Source: Wallemia ichthyophaga EXF-994 (Eukaryota; Fungi; Basidiomycota). Taken from it: DNA of 32,000 nt. Every line of letters begins with the position of its first letter. Within the stretch, counting starts at the first letter, position 1. This document shows, one piece after another, positions 22,301 through 29,943 of this stretch. The position numbers were made by a program, and so were the translations under genes. The notes beneath the pieces are model-generated. The model was not told the DNA's origin. It searched no databases and was given only the letters and a program-made list of their open reading frames with translations. The DNA lies in the NCBI RefSeq assembly GCF_000400465.1, contig NW_008806274.1, positions 120,244 to 152,243 on the forward strand. The letters are read 5' to 3'.

Positions 22301-22520
22301 AGGAATAAACGTGGACGCCGCTGTTTGTGGCCACAGCCAGCCTATCCAGCTCGTTGCTCAACGTGAAGAGATTCGCTGCGTCGTTGATCTTCTCTCCAAG
22401 GGTGTAAGAGATGTAAGATGAATTTGAGAATGGACGCGTAGTCAAGCACTGCGTGGGTAATTAGATAACGTATCTCTGGGGTAATTACAGTATTCTCACT
22501 TCAATCTCTATTTCGTCCAT
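16314..22520 (-). CDS. NUP159: Cytoplasmic-face FG nucleoporin Nup159/Nup214, about 1970 aa, with two internal RanBP2-type zinc fingers
   Basis: Exons 22520-22500, 22448-20228, 20180-18502, 18454-17918, 17874-17485, 17439-17205, 17152-16314; all junctions keep the frame. N-terminal beta-propeller-like region (ASWSAKGKQLAL, WLENNLF, DPAPPFG), SAFG/PAFG repeats, FSFG repeats, and C-terminal coiled coil AETKKEEISRFIRARNDPEFARIVKVRQLGPEHSENQQKLRK. Confidence 0.9.
18787..19068 (-). repeat. Three copies of a 16-aa K(K/R)D(D/N)xxKAPS(A/Q)FSFGG unit in Nup159
   Basis: KRDDTVKAPSAFSFGG, KKDDPLKAPSQFSFGG and KKDNLGKAPSAFSFGG, read directly from ORF 18472-20085. Confidence 0.85.
19219..19272 (-). other. 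C4 zinc finger 2 (RanBP2/NZF-type spacing) inside Nup159
   Basis: CGVC-MLDQPADATK-CGVC, i.e. C-x2-C-x10-C-x2-C. Confidence 0.78.
19405..19458 (-). other. C4 zinc finger 1 (RanBP2/NZF-type spacing) inside Nup159
   Basis: CSSC-SLKSSKDADK-CTVC, i.e. C-x2-C-x10-C-x2-C. Confidence 0.75.
20330..21110 (-). repeat. SAFG/GGFGAF FG-repeat array of Nup159
   Basis: Recurring (S/T)AFGQ(P/T/S)SAFG and GGFGAF(S/A) units. On the + strand, ccgaatgc and ccaaatgc recur. Confidence 0.85.
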
Positions 22521-22667
22521 CGTTGTCAGTGATCAACAAGCCATTTGTGATTTAGCGCTGAGCAGATAAACGAATTCTACAGCGCGTGGTGATTGATCTG
22601 GTTGGTATTCAAAAATTAATCAAACCCCAATTTGCTTTGATTTGTTTGCTTGATTTCTCACTATCTC

Positions 22668-23234
22668 ATGTTCAAACACATTGATTCAGCGTGTACAGCT
22701 GTAAGTTTATCAGAGTTTGAGCATCTCGCTAGCAGAACTCCTGGTAGCTTTTCTGATCTTCCAACGGTGCTCAGGCTCCGCGTAGATGAATGCTCTTTAA
22801 GTGGTGATTCAGAGCTAGATAACAACCTCAAATACACCGTTTTTATCACTGATAAAGAGCTCGTTGTCTTCTCGCAGTCAGTCTCTACGGGCATCAGCTT
22901 GGATTACCCTTCTATCATGCTTCACGCCGTCAGCGCATCAACTAACTCTATCTTCCTGCAAATTGACGAACGTACAGAAAACATAGACGACTTTGAGAGT
23001 AAGGATATTCACATACATCCTCAGAACCCTTCAATTCTTCATGAAATATACGAAAAACTCAGTTTCTGCGCTAGTTTGCACCAGAACAAGTTTCCATCTG
23101 AGGAGGACGATGACGGCGATGCTATGATAGACGATGGCGTTGGGCTCTCAGACCAGGGCGCTGCCAATTTGGCCAGATTCGACGATATGCTAGACAACCA
23201 AGACAAACACACTGACAAAAAGCAGAAGCAATAA
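22668..23234 (+). CDS. pICln/Lot5 (Voldacs domain; snRNP Sm-assembly chaperone)
   Basis: ATG at 22668. ELVVFS...TGISLDYPSIMLHAVS, IFLQID, LHEIYEKLSFCASLH, then an acidic tail; typical of CLNS1A/Lot5. Confidence 0.8.
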   Translation: MFKHIDSACTAVSLSEFEHLASRTPGSFSDLPTVLRLRVDECSLSGDSELDNNLKYTVFITDKELVVFSQSVSTGISLDYPSIMLHAVSASTNSIFLQIDERTENIDDFESKDIHIHPQNPSILHEIYEKLSFCASLHQNKFPSEEDDDGDAMIDDGVGLSDQGAANLARFDDMLDNQDKHTDKKQKQ

Positions 23235-23235
23235 G

Positions 23236-23930
23236 TTAATTGTCCATGACTGTAACTCTAATACAATCTAAATATCCATTGTTATCGGGTGTTACGCGTT
23301 TTGCCAGCCAATGTTCAAGCCATCGACCAAATGCCTCTCCTCTGCTATCTGCACCCCACATCTGCTGTGTGTGGATGGAAACGCCGCCAAAGGAGTTACC
23401 CATGTACACGTCAGTGAGTAATCTATCTCCTACAAATGCAACATTCTTCAAATCACCAAACTTATTCTCCAACGGGGCTCTGAGCTTTGAAGATGGCTTA
23501 GGATGATTGTGCTCGACGACATGGACTCCTGTATTCCGCGACAAAACCTTTGCCTATAATTTTTTAGCGCTGAGAGGAACTAACAAGCCAATCGCACCTG
23601 AATAAGTCCGGGATCTTTGCCTGTGCCGGCTGAGTTAGACAAAATGACGCAGCCATCACTCCCAAAGGCTTCCTTGCACTCAATCCAGCTATTTTGCAGC
23701 TCAGAAACGACGTAATCCTGCCTCGGAAGCGTCAAGCAGTTGTCCCTGTCAATTACGATGCCAGTGATACCTTTACGTTTCAGTGCACTGAAGTCGATCG
23801 AGCGGATGTCTGGGGGTGATGAGCGGGGGGATCAATGAGCAAAATACCTACCCTTCACGCTCATTGAAGGTTTTAGCAGCTTGGGATTGAACGCTGAACG
23901 CAATGTAGCTGCTATCGCTGCAACACTCAT
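23236..23930 (-). CDS. GEP4: Mitochondrial phosphatidylglycerophosphatase Gep4 (HAD superfamily)
   Basis: Exons 23930 (or 23933)-23852, 23809-23598, 23553-23236; introns of 42 and 44 nt. MSVAAIAATLRSAFNPKLLKPSMSVK|DIRSIDF, HAD motif I DRDNCLT, motif II ILSNSAGT, motif III KP, motif IV VGDRLLTD. Confidence 0.92.
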
Positions 23931-23931
23931 C

Positions 23932-24659
23932 ATGGAACAACTTCAACAGTCGCTGGAAACTACAGGCTCTATATCGCTCCCACAGAAAGTCGCTCTGCTA
24001 TCCCACCTCAAGGCTTTAAACAGAGACAGCTCTTCTGTTATACGCCAATCTAAGCAGGCTGCTGCACATCAGGCTCAATTATCAGACGGTGTACACGCTC
24101 AAGTGCAGAATCTATTATACGAAAGGAGGCATTTAGAGCAGGAAATTGAAAGGTGCAGGAATTTCGAGACTAGCTTCGATAAAGTACCTTTGGTTTCACT
24201 TGACGAGTATCGCAAGTTGAATGGGGGCAAGGAGGAAGACGAGCACGTTTTAATGCTCAATAGACTGAAATTCGAGCTGAGAACTCGCCAGGAACTCAAC
24301 GATCACCGCAATCAGCTGCAAGAAGTGCGATCGTCAATCAACAGCGAGAACAATCAGACGAAAAACAGTTTGGAGGATCTTGACAGCGATTTGGATAAGT
24401 TTGTCGATGTGGGTGGGAGTATTCATGCGTTTACAATTGCTGAGATGCTCTATAGTTTGCAAAGGGTATCCAATCCAAGCTTAACAAGCTCGATAAGGTT
24501 TGGGACAAGGAGAGTGAGGAGGAAAGTGAGGAGAGGAAAGAGTCCAAGAATGAACTCAAGGACGATAATGACATTGAGATTGATCAAGCTAACGAGGCTG
24601 ATAATCACAGACCTCAAGATACCAACTCCGGTGAAGATCAACGTATGGATACTAATTGA
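23932..24659 (+). CDS. THOC5: THO complex subunit 5 (FmiP/Thoc5 domain), about 226 aa
   Basis: Exons 23932-24408 and 24456-24659; intron of 47 nt (GTGGGT..TATAG). LKALNR...QVQNLLYERRHLEQEIERCRNF...EHVLMLNRLKFELRTR is the Thoc5 signature. Confidence 0.85.
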
Positions 24660-24669
24660 CCTTGATAAC

Positions 24670-25131
24670 TTATTTACTATCACTACTATGCATATACTGT
24701 TCAACTGCACCTTCCAGTTCACTCACTGCCTCGCTTCTCTCTTGGCTCAATTCATCAGCTCTTCTTGAGGAGACGTTGAGGCGATGGTGATCATCACCGA
24801 GCAAATTGATCATTTTAAGCGCGTGCGTTATATCCAGTAAGCTATTGGCAGAGCGAATCATAGATTCTGATCTGCAGCTGATCTGGAATGCCTCCTTGCT
24901 GATCTTGTAGTTGTCCTTCTGGTTAATTTCCGCGAGGCCTATAATCTCCGACAGTCCATCGCTCAGCTGCCCAACTTCACCATCGACCTTGTTGTTCAAG
25001 CTCTCCTCGAACGCCTCCAAGTATTCCTCCGGAGAACGATCGTCGATTTCTGCTGATTTTGTCGATGAGTTGTTGTTGATAAGCGAGGAGCTCAACGATT
25101 GATATTTCTTAGCGTCTGATTTAACTTCCAT
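24670..25131 (-). CDS. MED22: Mediator subunit Med22 (Srb6)
   Basis: Intronless 153-aa ORF with EAFQISCRSESMIRSANSLLDITHALKMINLLGD, which matches the Med22 motif. Confidence 0.82.
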   Translation of the reverse strand: MEVKSDAKKYQSLSSSLINNNSSTKSAEIDDRSPEEYLEAFEESLNNKVDGEVGQLSDGLSEIIGLAEINQKDNYKISKEAFQISCRSESMIRSANSLLDITHALKMINLLGDDHHRLNVSSRRADELSQERSEAVSELEGAVEQYMHSSDSK

Positions 25132-25177
25132 TGGGAGATGGGTGATGGGAGTTGACCAGGCGAGCTATCCAACGTCG

Positions 25178-26661
25178 ATGATCCAACGCGGGTGGATTTG
25201 CAGAGAAGGTATTCTCAGGCAGCTCAATGCAAGCAGCATCAGAAGCATATCCAGGCGCAGTATTTCTACATCCCCAGCACCAAAGGAGGAGCCAACGGCA
25301 TCCCCAGCCACCTCCTCAGCTACATCTCTAAAAAGAATCATTGCAGACTCCATCAAAGCAACAGGCCCTATTCCAGTAGCCAGGTATATGTCAGCCTGCA
25401 CTTATCATCCTACTGAGGGTTATTACAGCCGTAAAGACAAAGATCCAATCAGCAAGCACGGCGACTTTATTACTTCCCCTGAAATATCTCAAATATTCGG
25501 AGAGTTAATTGCCGTTTGGTTTCTCCATCAGTGGCATGCTCTGAGACATGACTTATCACACACGTCGAATAACCCTCCAAAGAAAGTCAGATTCGTTGAG
25601 CTCGGACCCGGAAATGGTACTCTGATGGCTGATGTTCTGCGTACCTGGCAATCCTTCCCCACCGCTTGGGAGAACTTGGAAAGTGTGCAGCTAGTCGAGA
25701 CATCGCCAGCCTTAAGAGATACTCAGAAAGCTGCTTTGGAGGGATTTGGGAAGGGTTTAAAATTTCATGATAGAGTCCAGCACATTGACAAAGGTTAGCT
25801 TTCATTAAATCAGCCAAGGCGACATCTTTCCGATCTGACACTAAAGCTAAGATGAGAGCACGTTCACTTTTGTGCTCGCGCATGAATTCTTCGATGCCCT
25901 CCCGGTACATCTTTTCCAAGTGAGTCTTAATTTGACTTCTTGCGTAAAGCTCAAACTGTGTCCAGAAAACAGATGCAGGATTCAGAGAAGTTCTGGTAGA
26001 TCTCATTAATCCACGCATACGCTCAGAAGAGAGCGAGCAGGAAGTTACAAACGAGAATAATAAATGGCTAGACGGAGATGCTGGCTTCAAGTATATAGTC
26101 AGCAAGCAACAGTCAGCCATGAGCTCATTGATACCGATGGTTGCACCCCACATATTTTCAGGCGAGGGCAAGGAGGAAGAAGGGCAGCGAGTCGAGCTCG
26201 GCATAGAAAGCTACCATATTGGCAACTCTATAGGCCAACTTTTGCGTAAAACATCCGAAAATGCGGCAGGCGGCTGTGCTCTTTTTGTCGACTACGGTAA
26301 GGATGGATGGACGGGTGACACATTGCGAGGATTCAAGAATCATCAGCAAGTAGATGTATTGAGTGCGCCCGGAGAATGCGATATTACATCTGATGTTGAC
26401 TTTGGAGTTTTGAGGGAAGCGCTCGCTCACAATGATACTGACACGATTGGTTCTGAGGTTATCACTCAGCGGGACTTCCTCGTCAAGATGGGTGTGGCGG
26501 CAAGGTTGGATACCTTACTTAATAGCGCACAGTCTAATGAGACTAAATTATCCATCGCTAGTTCTGCGAAACGGTTGCTCGATGTGCGCGGTATGGGCAG
26601 CCAGTACAAGTTCATGGCTGCATTCAACACGAGTCACCACAATCGCTATCCTTTTATCTAG
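25178..26661 (+). CDS. NDUFAF7: Mitochondrial SAM-dependent arginine methyltransferase NDUFAF7/MidA
   Basis: Arg-rich presequence-like start MIQRGWICREGILRQLNASSIRSISRRSIS (in-frame ATG 25145 also possible). Motifs: YMSACTYHPTEGYY, GDFITSPEISQIFGE, VELGPGNGTLMAD, AHEFFDALP, LFVDYG, TLRGFKNH, DITSDVDF. Introns 25794-25851 and from 25920. Confidence 0.93.
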
Positions 26662-26738
26662 CTTATCTTGGTGCATCAGAGTAAATTATAAATAGATAAT
26701 TATTTCTTCTTGGAAATTTACCAGGTGCTGTTCAGCGC

Positions 26739-26970
26739 CTATAAGTGCATCTGTGACTTTGTGAGAAGATTCTTTCTTGTATATTGCGCATACTCGCTGC
26801 ATGTCTTGTCGGGGAACGGCGTCCAGGCTGCACAGAGTGGGCACTGCCACTCGTAGTGCTGTGTTAGCGCAAGTTAGTGACATGTTCACACTACTACAGA
26901 TCACACTAACGTATACCTCACCCTCGTCGTCGCTGCTACTGCGAAATACCAAACAGTGATAGCAAATCAT
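26739..26970 (-). CDS. Putative 59-aa C4 zinc-ribbon microprotein (spliced; differs from the ORF-track translation)
   Basis: Exon 1 26970-26911 MICYHCLVFRSSSDDEGEVY; intron 26910-26859 (52 nt, GTTAGT..GCTAAC.ACAG); exon 2 26858-26739 HYEWQCPLCAAWTPFPDKTCSEYAQYTRKNLLTKSQMHL*. Contains two CxxC pairs. The 5' end could be incomplete. Confidence 0.5.
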
Positions 26971-27305
26971 ATTCTGGGCTTCTCAAGCTGTTGAAAAATT
27001 GACAAAACCACTCAAAACGTAGAGCAGAATGAGGAGATTAATTAATGTTTAAGATGCGGGATAACGTGGAATTTGCTTCACGTAACTGGGGTCATAGCTG
27101 GCTTTCTGTTCCTGCATTCAAATTCGGCTCGGTGGAGAATGCGGATGAGATGTGAGATTTGGGCTGCGCGGGATGCTCTGGGGCCTTTATGTCGGGCTTA
27201 TACAATATCTCATCTCACCGAGCTCTGTGAACGCATAGCGCCAAGTATCCACAGCTCTCGCATAAGTTAAGTTCCGCATTAATACGATTGCCCGAATACT
27301 GGTAG

Positions 27306-28345
27306 GCTCAGACTGCACGTGGCACTTTCTCAGCTTCTGATCATCCTTTCACCCACGCGATCACTATATCTCGGTGTGGTGATAAAAATCGGACCAATTG
27401 CGTCAGGCTTTACGAGCAGCTATGCGAGCTACCACAGGATGTATTAATCAGAATCGTCGATTTTGTCCCATCTCTCGCAGCAGTCAATAGATATTTCTAC
27501 GCTCTCGGCTCGCCGGCGTTACTCAGGTGCATTGCAGACCCCAACGGCATAACTAAGGAGAAGATAGGACTGTTCAATCCATTATGTTACAAGAGGCGTA
27601 AAGATCATTGCGCTTATCTTTCAGAAATAGCGAATGACGACAGGCGCATGCAAGTGAAGTGGGCAGTGCGATTGGTATCAATACAACCCAACTGACCGCT
27701 AGATTAGATCACTTGCAATCAGCATCGCCAACGATATCGTCACATCAGATCTAACGGCTGCGATGAGGAGATTGAGCAACGTAAAGTGTCCGACTATAAC
27801 AGGCTTCGTGAACGCCCCACTTGAGAAGCTACTGAGTGAGGTGTCCATGAGTAACGTAACTGATCTAACGCTCAACTTGTGGACATTCGACGAGTTGGAT
27901 GAGTGCATAGCGAAAAATGTGCTACAAGTTAATATGCCGTCGTTGCAGCACTTGCAACTGCATGCTCAGTGTATATTCACCAAGACAGCATCTAATTCCC
28001 TGATATACCCACAACTTAACGCCGTCGTCTCAAACCTAAGAGACTATTTGATCACGGCAATTTTACCCTGCTTCGACACGCTCATCGTGCGAGGTCTCAT
28101 ATTTACGCCACATCTCAAAGCCTGCTTCCCTCAGCTGAGAGGATCGGAATTTTACAGAGCGCGTGTCTTCAAAGGCCGGGAAAATGATCTGGTGGAGGTG
28201 GAGGTGTATGAAAAACTTACTGCGTTAGGCTCTGCGTATGGCGTTACATCAACACAGAAAAGCATCAGTGACATGCTGGTTGTCTGTTGACATTGACAGT
28301 ACACTAATATCCAACTAAATTTAGCTGCTGTCAATTATCACTTGA
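27306..28345 (+). CDS. F-box-like protein (5' end unresolved)
   Basis: An open frame from 27306 with no early start codon contains LCELPQDVLIRIVDFVPSLAAVNRYFYALGSPALLR (F-box-like). Probable intron 27654-27702 joins ORF 27763-28290, which has LRR-like NVTDLTL and SLQHLQL. A possible last intron extends the stop to 28345. Confidence 0.55.
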
Positions 28346-28890
28346 TACATGCGATTCAAATGAAAGCCCATTTGTCTTGCTCGTTTAAGCTCGGCCTTCG
28401 GCATCTATTGCAAGACCCTGCCCGGTTTTTTGCATCTTAAGGTACAACTGGGTAACTCACACATATGGCATGCTGTGAATAGAGTTGGTCATGGGTTTCT
28501 AGATGTATGTTCTAAAAGCAAGGTCTAGTGCTTGAGCTCGCTTGAGCACCCGGCTAGAGAAATTAGTGACGTAAGTGAGGCCCGTGTGCATGCAAGATGG
28601 AGTTGGCAATACAGGAAGAATATGGAGGAGTGAAAGTGTATATAGTGCTGATATAGTGTCGTCGGAAGCAATATTGCTGTGCTGTGTGTGAAGAGAGTGA
28701 GACAGGACGCGTGTACACCCATCGAAGCGGCAGCTGTGGTATTAGTAGCAAGCCCCAAGACAAAATCCTGGAATCCTACAAACAATGTCAATCTATTTTA
28801 TTTTCGCGTACCTGTCGTCGGTCTTTTATGTGCTCGATCGATTGACCAATTCTATTGAGAAGCGCGACGGCATCGAGGATACCATCACCT

Positions 28891-29220
28891 ATGGTGAGGG
28901 GATTATGATATTTCGCGCACACACTTACAGTATATAGACATACGAATGCGAGATCTGCCAGGGCAAGTTTAGCAGGCCTGAGAACTTGTTGCGGCACAAG
29001 AGAAACTCACACAGGTCGGGCGACTTGCATCCATACCTGTGTTCGTGTGGGAGGAGCTATACACGCTCAGATATCCTCCTCAGACATCAGCGCGGTTGCG
29101 AAGTACACAACAACCAACCAGTGGGGTACAAGAAGCGTGGCAGGAAGCGTAAGGCTATTCAACAGCCAGTTTCATCAAGTGATCCCTCCTATTTAGCCGG
29201 GGTAGCGGCGTCAGCCTCGC

Positions 29221-29251
<31 letters not shown>

Positions 29252-29729
29252 GCAGCTACAGCAACAGCATCAACAACAACAACAACAGCTTCTTGCATCT
29301 GCTTATAACCAGCCACACCTTTTCAACACCGAAAATTGGCCTCCCGCCACTTCTATAGATAACGAGCCCGAATTACAATCGCACAGATACTGGCCCTATA
29401 CACTGTACCCAAATACAAGTACACCGCCGCCTGATTTCGAAGCATCGAATTTGCCACTCATTGGCAATACATACAACAATACACACATACCACAGCATGC
29501 GCCACAGCAAACACTACCACCACTAGCATCATGGAATACCTCAGTAAATCAAAGTCATATGGCCAGTTTGCACAATCAACAGCTTCAACAGACTACTCAG
29601 CAAGACAATTATTCTGGCTGGATGTGAGTAGCTGCTTGTATAGCTGCCAGGTCTGACCTGACAAAGTAAAACCCTCACAGAGACACATTAACATGCTCAC
29701 ACTTACAACAGCAGCAACATATCTACTAA
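28891..29729 (+). CDS. C2H2 zinc-finger transcription factor with polyglutamine tract
   Basis: ATG 28891-28893, then intron 28894-28937, then TYECEICQGKFSRPENLLRHKRNSH (C2H2) and YLCSCGRSYTRSDILLRHQRGC (C2HC). Q-rich region follows. Probable last intron 29624-29680 (GTGAGT..CACAG) gives ...GWI|DTLTCSHLQQQQHIY*; unspliced, the ORF stops at 29627. Confidence 0.85.
29220..29288 (+). repeat. (CAA)10 microsatellite within a Q12-L-Q3-H-Q6 tract
   Basis: Pure CAA x10 at 29220-29249, then CAG CAG CTA CAG CAA CAG CAT (CAA)5 CAG. Confidence 0.95.
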
Positions 29730-29943
29730 TACTTGCATTTTATGATTCGAAACAAATCACAGACATTCTCAAACACTTGCTTGTCTCATACTTTGACATA
29801 TTCACTCTTCTTATCAAGCTGGACTTTCGATTAGCCTTTAGTATATTATCATTTTATTATCACATTCCCAAGAAGGACAATTTCACTAACTTTTTCCCCG
29901 GTTATCTCTATATCACTGAAATGAATGCATTTAATTTAGCTTT

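Noticed and set aside
23881-24768. 295-aa single-ORF reading of THOC5
   Set aside because: The 5' part starts at TTG inside antisense GEP4, and the 3' part is read-through of the 47-nt intron 24409-24455; the spliced form stops at 24659.
25587-26204. 205-aa minus-strand ORF
   Set aside because: It is antisense to NDUFAF7, crosses its introns, and has no recognisable motif.
28525-28997. Short minus-strand ORFs upstream of or overlapping the C2H2 gene
   Set aside because: They have no motifs or supporting splice signals; probably promoter DNA or antisense shadow.
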